A DNA stretch of 64,000 bases from an uncultured Rivularia sp. (GTDB taxonomy: Bacteria > Cyanobacteriota > Cyanobacteriia > Cyanobacteriales > Nostocaceae): assembly GCA_963665115.1 (NCBI GenBank), contig OY762007.1:8160001-8224000 (forward strand), written 5' to 3'. Below are positions 21,492 to 33,274 of the stretch, piece after piece; within the stretch, counting starts at the first letter, position 1, and each line of letters begins with the position of its first letter. The notes beneath the pieces were generated by a model, which saw only the letters and a list, made by a program, of their open reading frames with translations, did not search any database and was not told the DNA's origin. The translations under genes and the position numbers were made by a program.

Positions 21492-22273
21492 GATATCTCT
21501 GGGAAATTACAATACTTCCGCATAAACTAGTACAACAGGTTGAGAAGATATCAAATTGTTTTATGCATTCATGCTGTATTCGCATTGCGAATGTCAAGAT
21601 AGATTAACGCTGAGGAATGTAAATTTTAAATCCTGTTAGTGTATATAAATCGGGAATATTCAAAATGCAGAATTTCTCAAAGCAGATATTGGATGCATAA
21701 AATCTGGTTACTTCCAGCGCAAGGTACTAGATTGCTACAGTATTTATAGTTCCCACTTTCTAGCAACAAACAACATTTGATATTTTTGTGTTGCGACTTC
21801 TTTTCACACAATTAATTATCTCATACGTTAATTTGGCTAAAGAGCCAATGAGCAATAAAAAATAGTAACCTCTTTTTCGACTATTTAATGCCGCACAGTA
21901 AATGCTGAATAAGCAAAAAAATTAAGTAGCTAGTCTTGAAGGACAAACTACTTAATTTAATGCGATTAAAACAGCCAATTATTTTGTTACGGGAGAAAAA
22001 AGTTAATTCAAAATTACTAATAGAGTGTTGATATCTTTGAATATAAAAAGTATATGTACGCTCTGATAACTTTATGAATGTAACAATCAATAATTATATT
22101 AATAGTTCATACCACGTAAGTTTATAGATAGAGACACTTTTTTATATACGGGAAAGAATTTTGCGTATTTTTAATTATTACGCACTTGTAGAACTTAGCT
22201 TGTGTTTCGATCGCAATTATAGGTGTAAGGAGCAGTATCAAATTCTAAAAAGCTTATGAGCTAGCGGCTAGCG

Positions 22274-22549
22274 CTATGCCATATAATAGGCAAGGCTAAA
22301 TGCGGAAACTGCGACAAGCACGGGAACTACAACGCTAAATTCAAATTTTTTGGTTTTAAATATCTCCATACAAGACATGGGAATTATTATCGGCCAAAAG
22401 ATCGTTGAGATGATAAACATCACAAAAGACAAAAACTTTTCTTCTGGAGAGGAACTTGGATTACGAAGAGTAAATCTCAGCCAATTAATGAAAAAATAGC
22501 AAGTCATTAACAAGTAACTGACAATAACGGCGGATTCAATCTTATTCAT
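22274..22549 (-). CDS. Small hypothetical membrane protein
   Basis: Three hydrophobic segments; AGGAG RBS before ATG at 22549. Confidence 0.65.
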   Translation of the reverse strand: MNKIESAVIVSYLLMTCYFFINWLRFTLRNPSSSPEEKFLSFVMFIISTIFWPIIIPMSCMEIFKTKKFEFSVVVPVLVAVSAFSLAYYMA

Positions 22550-23901
22550 AAACGATACTCCTTGGCTATCCAAAATGACGACGATACGAGTGGACAATGA
22601 CATTCGCAAATATTCATCACTGTAAAAAAATGTAAGCTAGATGACAGTTTTGTTTTGACCTCTTTCTAACAGTTTATATTTTTATTCACATCTATACTAT
22701 GTTAGTAGAATTGTGAAAACCGATAAATCCGTGTTAACACTTAATTTTTTGGATCGATCGTGAATTTACAATTACAAAAGTTGATTCGCGCTAGCCATTA
22801 AGACAATAATACTTGTACTTATAAATCGAATTAAATTAATAGATTTAAGTATATCTACAATATTCGACCACCCGTAGTCACCGAAACAATGTGTTCTATA
22901 CTACCATAAAACCGCAAATCGAAGAAACAATGTTTAAATGTTACAATAGCTACCAATACTAGTTGGGATCAATTATAAATCAAGTCTTACAATTGAAAAA
23001 AAGATTTTTAGTTGATTACTAAAAATAAAACTATGTTTTCTAGACAAGTGTATATACTTAAGCAATTCATACATATTTTAAAAATTCCTTTTTTACTTGA
23101 AACAAAAATTTTACTAATATAAAGGATATTTATAATCTGCATCATCTTTATTTTATGATGTTATAAATATTACTTAAAATAATTGCTTCAAGAATACGAT
23201 AGGTTGAATAAGATTTCCCAATATGTATAAAATGCGATCTTAAACCGATATATTTATTTGAAGGCTGGAAATGAATAATTATTCTTAAATTGAGTATTCT
23301 AATATTAGTTATTCACTACATAATATGCTCAAAAATTAATTTGAATAAGGGAACAGGGAACAGGGAAGAGAAGAAAAAGACTCTATAAGTAAATGATTTT
23401 ATGATTAAAACTCATGACACCTATATATTAGGCTTTACAAAGCTTTGTACTAAAAATTCAGCATACTAATTGCTAAATAACTGTAATATTTAGACAATAA
23501 AATCTTATTTATCAAATATCTTCAATTAAATAGCTAATATTAATTTGATACTTGGAGATAAACTCATAATTAAATACTACGATCGAAAAAATATAGACCT
23601 ATTTTCAGTAGTAAATCAAAAAACTTGTTTGCAAGCTCAAAGTTTAAATTTATTTGCTTAAGCCCTGGAAGAATATTTTTATAAGCAAATATAAATTCAT
23701 CCAAATTATAAATTAAGGTTTTAAATCCTCAAAGTTTTAGTATTAAATGCTAACGGTAAACACCCTGTGAGCTGCTTGTGAAGTGATAATTGCAGTGGTT
23801 TGCCTTCGTTTATACACTATCCGACGCGATAAATCTTGGCTACAGATTAATTACTATGACCCAATTACTATAATTTTCCAATGCAACATACTGCAATATT
23901 A

Positions 23902-24540
23902 TTACACTTCCTCACAACATGAATTGCTATTCTTCTTGATGTAATGTTTGATAGCATCTAGATCAATAAAATAATCCGCAACATCAATTAAGGATTCATT
24001 AGTCATTCCTCGCAGACTAACAAGTTCAACTCTAGCACCTTGGTAAGCCACAGCGTTTACAGCATAGGTTAATTCTCCATCTCCGCTTACCAAAACCGCT
24101 GTATCGTAATAGGGAGATAGATTCATCATATCTACAGCAATTTCTACGTGTTGATTTGATTTTCTCGATCCATCTGGAAGTTGAATTATTTCCTTTGTTA
24201 CTACACGATATCCGTTTCTACGCATCCATAGCAAGAAACCTTGTTGCTTTTCGTTATGGCGATCGACACTAGTATAGAAAAAAGCTCTTAATAATCTTGA
24301 CTCTCTAGTTAAGTAGCAAAGCAATTTAGTGTAGTCAATTTCAATCCCAAGTTGCAAAGCTGTATGAAACAAGTTTGAACCATCAATAAAAATAGCAACT
24401 CTACCGCGATTGGAAGTAATGTTTAATTGAGAAGCATCTTTTTTTACTGCCATCTGTGTTTCTTGATCTGGGAGAATAATTTTCATACCTTTTTGTTGTG
24501 TTTCTTGTTGCGCTTCAGCGGTAAAATTTGTGATATCCAT
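23902..24540 (-). CDS. NYN domain (LabA/DUF88) protein
   Basis: VAIFIDGSNL, IDYTKLL, AVLVSGDG, ADYFIDL. Confidence 0.88.
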   Translation of the reverse strand: MDITNFTAEAQQETQQKGMKIILPDQETQMAVKKDASQLNITSNRGRVAIFIDGSNLFHTALQLGIEIDYTKLLCYLTRESRLLRAFFYTSVDRHNEKQQGFLLWMRRNGYRVVTKEIIQLPDGSRKSNQHVEIAVDMMNLSPYYDTAVLVSGDGELTYAVNAVAYQGARVELVSLRGMTNESLIDVADYFIDLDAIKHYIKKNSNSCCEEV

Positions 24541-25562
24541 GATTTTTAAGCTTTGTGAATCACAATAGTGCAGTTTGATTAATGAAATTTATATTTCAAA
24601 AGTATTCACGGAATTCGTTTGATGGAATTAATTAAGCATTTATTCTATAAACTCAAAAGTATGATTTACATATCTTCTTGAATGCTTGAGATCGAATTTT
24701 TTGTAGGTAAAGTAAGCCAATATTTAGCTCCAGTAATTATTAAACGATTGTTTGAGCCAGATATTGCATATAAATTTATTGTAACGAAACTTTTATTTGG
24801 TTCTACACAAAGCAAATTATTTTGACGTTAGTTGAAAATTGAAACCATCACAAATTAATAAAACATTAATAAAATGGCGATTAAACAGTAATGTTAATCA
24901 CATTTTTGCACGCATAGTAGATTTAATCCTATTTTTGCTTGATAACAATAGCGTTCTTTGATTTGAACTTTCAAAGTTTTTATTATGAATAATTCATTTA
25001 TAAATAAACCTGATTAAATAGTTGCTTAGCAATAATAAGTTGGTCTGAGACTATTCAAGTAAACTTATACACAAATAGTTAATACTTGTTTGAGAAATTA
25101 TTCTGAGATGTAATCTTTTTAAATATTAATCATTTAGCCTACTTAATTATATTCCCCAACAAGAAGCTGCACCCGGAGATTACTTACAGTTATATACAAG
25201 CAAAATACATTATTGAAGAGGAAAATACAGGCATATCGTCTGAATCATGATTTCCAATTCAATAACCATAATTACCCCTTGAATTGTGTAAAACTTCCCA
25301 ATTATACAAAGAGACTATGTAAAATGAATGTAAACTGTACTGCATAGTTTGATTATTTTAATTAATTTATATAGTGTGAGTACTGAAGCTATAGTTGTGG
25401 TCGAAGATATTTATAATTCAAAAAACAGAGTAGGCAACGCTGTATCTTGGAACAGTAGGAAGAACTAAAGAAGAAGAAATTTTATTTATATCTGCTTATA
25501 AATAATTCTGAATTATCGTCGTTTGTAATGAATAATTAAAATGATTAGTGATTAAAAACACA

Positions 25563-25602
25563 TTTTTAAACCCCTTCCGAGATAGTCGAAGAGGTTTTAA
25601 AA
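25563..25602. terminator. Hairpin terminator downstream of the NADAR gene
   Basis: ttttaaaccccttc-cgagatagtc-gaagaggttttaaaa inverted repeat. Confidence 0.5.
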
Positions 25603-25633
25603 TTTGTTTTTAACTATTGTTTTATAAAAAGAA

Positions 25634-26101
25634 TTACTTAGCAATTGCTTTTAGAGAAAGTATACGAAGTTCTTCTCGTACAGTCATTAAGATTTGTCCT
25701 AGATGATTTTGTCCGGTTTTGTTTTCACCGCAACCCCAGAAATAATCATTTGGTGAATTCTCTACAAGCAACTTATCACCAGTGGAAAGCAATATTTCTC
25801 TAATGTCGGGGTGAGTAAGAAACTTTTTGTGTACCGCTTCTCGCATAACTTGGGTTTTTACCATTTCCCAATCAGAACGTATTTGATGAGTCGAACAGCG
25901 CCCTAAAGCAGCAGCTTTCTCTGGAGTCGAAGCTTGATGAATCAAAGGGATTATGTCTTCGTCAGGACTTCCTACGAACTTTTGTGCTTGGTAATAATGC
26001 TCCACTGTTGACCAGAAAGTATTGTGCATTTCAATTGAGTGGAGGGAAAAGTTAGAAAAACAACCGTAGGGTTGCCAAACTTTGTAAAAATAAATAGTCA
26101 T
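25634..26101 (-). CDS. NADAR (YbiA-like) family protein
   Basis: YGCFSNF, TVEHYYQAQKF, RSDWEMVK..VM, LLSTG..LLVENSPNDYFWG, GQNHLGQILM. Confidence 0.9.
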   Translation of the reverse strand: MTIYFYKVWQPYGCFSNFSLHSIEMHNTFWSTVEHYYQAQKFVGSPDEDIIPLIHQASTPEKAAALGRCSTHQIRSDWEMVKTQVMREAVHKKFLTHPDIREILLSTGDKLLVENSPNDYFWGCGENKTGQNHLGQILMTVREELRILSLKAIAK

Positions 26102-26250
26102 ATGAAAACTGCTGTTTAATATACCAACTTCTATAATGCCTGTAGATGTTAGCAGCTTGCTTGTTGAATTAAAATTTATTCTTTTTCTACAACCTCTAGA
26201 CAGAAGTTTTTTTCTTAACTAAAGCTTTACCGTGAGAACTAAATGTCTTA

Positions 26251-26752
26251 ATGGTATATATGATGGACTCACTATTGACTAGCAAACAACGTACACCCCT
26301 GATTTTGGCTGGAATTTGCTTGGGTATAGGGTTAGGAGGTTTTTTTGATGGGATTGTCCTACATCAAATCCTCCAATGGCATCATATGTTGAGTAATGTA
26401 AAACCTTTAACAAATCGTTCCAATATAGATTTAAATGTACTCGCTGATGGAATGTTCCACGTTTTTAATTACTCGATCACCATTGTGGGAGTTGTTTTGT
26501 TATGGAAAGTCGCGAAGCGTAATGACGTTCCTTGGTCATCCAAAACTTTTTTTGGCTCTATTTTGATTGGTATTGGCTTATTTGATTTCGTTGAAGGATT
26601 AATCGACCATCAAATTCTTGGTGTCCATCACGTCAAAGCAGGGACCAAATGAATTTGCTTGGGATATGGGATTTTTAGCACTTGGTGCGCTTCTTATATT
26701 AATTGGTTGGTTGATATTGCAAAACGCAAAATCAGTGAACAGTGAACAGTGA
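26251..26752 (+). CDS. DUF2243-like membrane protein; apparent frameshift at ~26642
   Basis: GFFDGIVLHQILQWHHM, DG.FH, EGLIDHQILGVHHVK; continues GPNEFAWDMGFL in the shifted frame. Confidence 0.82.
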
Positions 26753-26864
26753 ACAGTTAGTTATCAATGATTAGTAGTGGGAGCGTCTCGCTCCCTCGTT
26801 ACAACCAGCGAGCTTTCCGGCTCGCGTTCCCCCTACCCCTTATAACTTATGTGGTGGAAGAATA

Positions 26865-26975
26865 CTAGTACCGCTGTGCGGAAGTAAAAAGTCAAAAGTA
26901 AGAAGTAAAAAGTATTATATGATAAGGCTTTCAAACTTTTTAAATGGGTGCTTTATTTACGCCGTACTGTACCAG
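26865..26975. mobile_element. Short MITE-like repeat
   Basis: ctagtaccgctgtgcgg ... gccgtactgtaccag imperfect terminal repeats with an internal aaaagt heptamer run. Confidence 0.5.
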
Positions 26976-27062
26976 GTAATTAGCGAGCAAGATTCTCGGG
27001 TGGTAGTTAGCGAGCAAGATTCTCGCACTCCTCCCTATCTCCCCATTTCCCGATCTCCCAAC

Positions 27063-28142
27063 TTAGGCACTTTGCATTTTCCGCCAAACGGTAAAGGATA
27101 AAAGTACAACAATTGTGATAGTTGTAGCAATAATCACTTCTAAGCTCATATCCCGTATACTCATTCCCAACCAGTTGCAAGCTAAAGTTATTGACCAGAG
27201 GATAAGCGCTGCCCGTCTCTGGGATAAGCCCCAAGCTAGTAAACGATGGTGTAAATGGTCTTTGCCTGGAGTGCTAAGAGGGTTTTTACCTGCCGCCAAT
27301 CGCCGTACAAAAACTTGGGTAGTATCCAGTACTGGCAGTAGGAGAAATGCAACCGGGGGCAATATTGATAAGACTGTGGTTATTTGTAATTCGCCTAAAA
27401 TACTAGTTGCTGCTAATACATAGCCGAAGAAATATGCTCCAGCATCACCCATAATAATTTTTGACGGATGGAAGTTATGCCGCAAAAAGCCTAATGCAGA
27501 ACCACCCAAAGCAGCTAAAACTAAAGTCGCTGCCGCGCGGTTGGGATATTGGGCAGAAACTGCGAGCAAACTCATGGCCGTGATAAAGCTGACTCCTCCA
27601 GCTAAACCATCCATACCGTCCATTAAATTTATCGCATTGGTTATTCCTACTACCCACACTACTGTCAATAATGTTGACAGCGTTGAATCTATGGGAGTAT
27701 TGAAAGTTAAATCAAAACCAATATCGTTAGCAACTAGTAAAAGCGCTGTGAGAATTTGTACCAATAATCGAAAAGAGGCAGGCAAGCCAAATTGGTCGTC
27801 AATAAAACCCACCAATACCAGTATTGAGCCGCCCAGCAATACGGTTAAAACCTGTGCTAATACATTTTCTAATTCAATTGGTCGTAATAAGCTAGCAAGG
27901 GTAACAGCGGCAATTACTCCTGCGTAAATTGCTAATCCTCCCGCATTCGGTAAGGGTTCTCGGTTCAAACGCCTTGCATTTGGCTGATCTGCCCAACCGA
28001 CACGTAAAGCAAATGTACGTATTCGGGGAATTAAACTCCAGCTAACAACCAAAGCCAACAAAAACGTAAACACAACTGCCAACCAGCCGGAACCGCCGGG
28101 ATTGTCAATGCCGAGAGACTTAAGGGAACTGTATATATTCAT
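27063..28142 (-). CDS. Polyprenyl-phosphate GlcNAc-1-phosphate transferase (WecA/MraY-like)
   Basis: P..GGLAI, GFIDD, NAINLMDGMDGLA, NFHPSKIIMGDAG, DHLHHRL. Confidence 0.9.
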   Translation of the reverse strand: MNIYSSLKSLGIDNPGGSGWLAVVFTFLLALVVSWSLIPRIRTFALRVGWADQPNARRLNREPLPNAGGLAIYAGVIAAVTLASLLRPIELENVLAQVLTVLLGGSILVLVGFIDDQFGLPASFRLLVQILTALLLVANDIGFDLTFNTPIDSTLSTLLTVVWVVGITNAINLMDGMDGLAGGVSFITAMSLLAVSAQYPNRAAATLVLAALGGSALGFLRHNFHPSKIIMGDAGAYFFGYVLAATSILGELQITTVLSILPPVAFLLLPVLDTTQVFVRRLAAGKNPLSTPGKDHLHHRLLAWGLSQRRAALILWSITLACNWLGMSIRDMSLEVIIATTITIVVLLSFTVWRKMQSA

Positions 28143-28240
28143 CTCCCGATTCCTTTATTACTGCCAGTATCTATCACGATCGCCAACCGTATATTAATCA
28201 TTTTTGCTTTTAATATCTGTAATATAAACAGCTTGCATAG

Positions 28241-28267
28241 TTAGCACTCTTGAGCAGTGAGTGCTAA
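28241..28267. promoter_or_regulatory. CIRCE element (HrcA operator)
   Basis: Perfect TTAGCACTC-N9-GAGTGCTAA, 32 bp upstream of groEL. Confidence 0.97.
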
Positions 28268-28296
28268 ATTGTAAAACAAGAGTGCTTGTGAGTTAA

Positions 28297-29988
<1,692 letters not shown>

Positions 29989-30141
29989 TGTCCGGAGTTA
30001 GTGGTTGGGAATTCATGATAGAAGGCTCAGCATAGCTATAAGTTGAAGCGAGGCAGAGCCTCTAGGTAGGCATTCCCAGCCTGGAGGCTGGGAACGAGTC
30101 TAGTAACTAACAACTATCAACCAACAACTAACAACTAACAC

Positions 30142-30785
30142 CTAAATTGCTAAATTCTCTTTAGCCCACAGGGCGGCTTGGGTTCTATCTCTTAACCCGA
30201 GTCGCCCTAAAATTTGGGTAACGTAGTTTTTTACGGTTCCTTCACTGAGATATAAAGTTTTAGAAATTTCTCGATTATTTTTTCCTTGAGATATTAAAGT
30301 TAATACTTCTAGTTCCCTTTCGGTTAATTTTTCTTGAATATCGTTTTCTTTTGCTGGAATTGGCGGGCGCAATTGGGCGAATACTTTTGGGGCAATAGTT
30401 GGGGCCCTAATTGAGAATGTCCTTGATGTATGGCATGAATTGCAGCAGCTAATTGGGGTGCGGGAGTATTCTTGAGCAGATAACCCAGTGCGCCAGCTTG
30501 TAAAGATTGCCAAATATATTCATCTTCATCGAAAGTTGTTAGCACCAGAATTTTGATCCAAGGGAATTTTTGATGAATTATGCGAGTTGCGGCAACTCCA
30601 TCGCATACAGGCATCCGTACATCCATAAGAATTACATCAGGTTGCAATTGTTGAGTAAGAGAAATCGCTTCATTACCATGATTGGCTTGCCCGACAATTT
30701 CTATATCTTCCTCTAACGAAAGTAAAGACGCTAATCCCTGGCGAAATAGCGGTTGGTCATCTGCTAACAACAGCCGAATCATCAT
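30142..30785 (-). CDS. NarL/LuxR-family response regulator; apparent frameshift at ~30404
   Basis: Receiver domain LLADDQ..DVILMDVRMP..LTTF..GYLLK in one frame; HTH LTERELEVL..GKNNREI..LSEGTVKNY in the other. Confidence 0.9.
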
Positions 30786-30980
30786 AGTATTAAATAAGCG
30801 GGAGATGCTTATTTTTTAGTATGGCAATCTTTAAATCTTGTTCCCAACGTGTTTAGTTTTGTTAAGAGTTGGAATGAGTGGATGAAGGTTTATGTTAGAA
30901 ATCTGTTGAGTTAATATTTTAAATGTTGAATTACGGTGTTGAAAAAATATAATTATCATTTTCCAACACAAACAGATAAA

Positions 30981-31652
30981 CTACTCAATAGCTATATGAA
31001 TATACCCATTATTAATTTTAATACTTTGAATTTGCTCTATTACTGCTAAAGCTTTTTGATATTCGACTGTTGCTGACTTTTTTAAACTATCTGGTTGTTC
31101 TGAACCACCAAAGATAAATAGAATTAGAGAAGATTGATTCAAAGAACGTAAAGAAGCTTCGTTGTGAAATTTAATTCCTCGCTCTTCAACTACTTTATAT
31201 AACGCAATAGGTTTTTCAATAGTCTCATCTATTTTAAATTGTATTTCGCTGATTCTGAAACATATATTTTTCGGTGAACCTGGACTTGGCCATTGAATTG
31301 ATTTTTCTAAAATCAAACTATCTTTTATCTTATAAAAAAGATATTTCCCAGGAATCAATTTGTTTAATGTTATTCCTTGGGTGTATATATTATTTATATC
31401 GTTTTCATCAAGAATTATTTGTGCATCAAAATTTTCTCGAAGTACAGAATTTTTAAACACTTCAATTTTACGCTTGCTATTTTCGTATTCAGTTAAAGAT
31501 GATTGATGAATAGGAAAATCATTCAAATTAGGAGGAATATTTTTTCCTTTTATAATACTGGATTCCATTCTATGCATCGAAAAGAGCTGATATGCAATAT
31601 ATCCGAATCCCAATAAGCTTATAACTGTTGTTATGTTGTCAAACCAATTCAT
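30981..31652 (-). CDS. Hypothetical AT-rich protein with N-terminal TM segment
   Basis: 223 aa ORF with GAGG RBS; no recognisable family. Confidence 0.6.
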   Translation of the reverse strand: MNWFDNITTVISLLGFGYIAYQLFSMHRMESSIIKGKNIPPNLNDFPIHQSSLTEYENSKRKIEVFKNSVLRENFDAQIILDENDINNIYTQGITLNKLIPGKYLFYKIKDSLILEKSIQWPSPGSPKNICFRISEIQFKIDETIEKPIALYKVVEERGIKFHNEASLRSLNQSSLILFIFGGSEQPDSLKKSATVEYQKALAVIEQIQSIKINNGYIHIAIE

Positions 31653-31686
31653 TCTATTAAGCCTCTTATATCATTCTAGATTCCTA

Positions 31687-31802
31687 ATACCATTTCTTTA
31701 TAAAAGTGCGCTTAATTTAGCCCACGCAGGTGGGCTTTGTTTGAGTAGCCCCACTCTTCCAGAGTGAGGGTGATTTAGCGCAGCCTCATACAAAAATGGT
31801 AT
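31687..31802. mobile_element. MITE-like element
   Basis: ATACCATTT...AAATGGTAT termini with internal hairpins agcccac-gcag-gtgggct and cactct-tcc-agagtg. Confidence 0.65.
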
Positions 31803-31841
31803 AACTCACAACTCTTGACACCACCTAACTCCCAATTCCCA

Positions 31842-33035
31842 TCAACCCGGAATCCAAACCCGAATCCGAGTGCCTTCATCCAAAGTACTTTTAATATGAA
31901 GTTCTCCTCCTAAAATTTGCACTCTTTCTTGCATTCCTCGCAATCCAAATCCTGTATGATGTGCGCTGACTTCAAAACCTTTTCCGTCATCAATAATTTC
32001 TAAAATAATTCCCTGAGTATCTTGATATGCTTTGATATTTACCGCTTTTGCAAAAGCGTGTTTTTGAATATTGGTAACTGCTTCTTGCACAATACAATAC
32101 AGTTGATGACTAGTTTGACTTGGTAATTGCGGTAATTTTGAATCTAAATTAATTTTAAATGATTGATTGCGTCCAACTTGTTCTATCAAAGTCGCTAAAG
32201 CTTGATTAAGATTAAAATTTATTTGACGTATTGACTGTACCGAATTTCTGATTTTTGTTAAACACTCACTTGATAAGTCTTTGGCAATATTTAAAGAATT
32301 AACTGCTTTATTTGGATCTTTATCGTATAACCTTTGAGCAAGTTCTAATTGTATATCTAATGTTGTGAGAGAATGACCTAAAGAATCATGAATTTCACGA
32401 GCAATGCGACTGCGTTCTAAACTAGCTGCCAAGGTTTCTATCTGCTGTGTCAATGCTTCTGCTTTTTGACGACTTTTTTGTTCTGCTACTATCACAAAGC
32501 AAAATAAAAGCACAAATATGCTGACTGTAAGATAGTCCCCAGTATTTTCAATAATTGCTCTACTAATAATTAAATTAGTATTATCTAATTCAGCAATAAT
32601 TTGAGTTAAATTGGCGCGATTAAATTCAATTAATCTAGGTAAACTAAAAGCTATAATAAAATTCCAAACTATTCCTAATACAATTGTAGTAAATACTACT
32701 TCTTTACGTTTTAATAAAAAGCAGCTTTTAACAAGTATAAAGTAAAGAGATATATGAAAATAGATTCCTAATGAGGCAGGAATCATAATTGCTAATATTT
32801 CTAACAAAATATAAGCTCTTCTTTGCCAAATAGGACGATTAATTGGAAATAGAAAGCTTAAGGCTGCTAATATAATTAATTGAGCTAATCTTACATAAGT
32901 AGGTATTGGTAGAGAAGAATAATTAGTTTCACTACGATTTAAGAGAAAAAGCAAGAAGTATACAATTAAAATCGACCATTCTACATAACAGATGGTACGA
33001 CGGATAGATGAAGAATGTTTTAGGTTGAAATCCAT
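31842..33035 (-). CDS. Membrane sensor histidine kinase, HisKA_3 type
   Basis: Multiple TM helices, ERSRIAREIHDSLGH, QEAVTNIQKHA, DDGKGF, GFGLRGMQER. Confidence 0.92.
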   Translation of the reverse strand: MDFNLKHSSSIRRTICYVEWSILIVYFLLFLLNRSETNYSSLPIPTYVRLAQLIILAALSFLFPINRPIWQRRAYILLEILAIMIPASLGIYFHISLYFILVKSCFLLKRKEVVFTTIVLGIVWNFIIAFSLPRLIEFNRANLTQIIAELDNTNLIISRAIIENTGDYLTVSIFVLLFCFVIVAEQKSRQKAEALTQQIETLAASLERSRIAREIHDSLGHSLTTLDIQLELAQRLYDKDPNKAVNSLNIAKDLSSECLTKIRNSVQSIRQINFNLNQALATLIEQVGRNQSFKINLDSKLPQLPSQTSHQLYCIVQEAVTNIQKHAFAKAVNIKAYQDTQGIILEIIDDGKGFEVSAHHTGFGLRGMQERVQILGGELHIKSTLDEGTRIRVWIPG

Positions 33036-33105
33036 GATATTAAAACGACTACAACTTAAGTAATTTATCTAATAAATATCATCATTTACAAGATAAATTT
33101 GCAAC

Positions 33106-33142
33106 ATGACTATAGTCATATATATGCATGACTATAGTTAAT
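33106..33142. promoter_or_regulatory. Tandem palindromic operator candidate
   Basis: Perfect 14-bp palindrome ATGACTATAGTCAT at 33106 and near copy ATGACTATAGTTAA at 33129, between divergent genes. Confidence 0.65.
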
Positions 33143-33274
33143 ATCGGCATAAAATTTTCTTAGCTAATCTATTGTTAGCTGTTATCAAACAAAAATTAAT
33201 TAACAGCAAAATCTCAACGCTAGCTTTGCAAAAAAAGATTGTAGTTAAACTATTAATTATTGGGAAATAAATCA

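Noticed and set aside
25634..26101. NADAR as a DarT1-type antitoxin or defence system
   Set aside because: No ADP-ribosyltransferase neighbour; looks like a stand-alone YbiA-type enzyme
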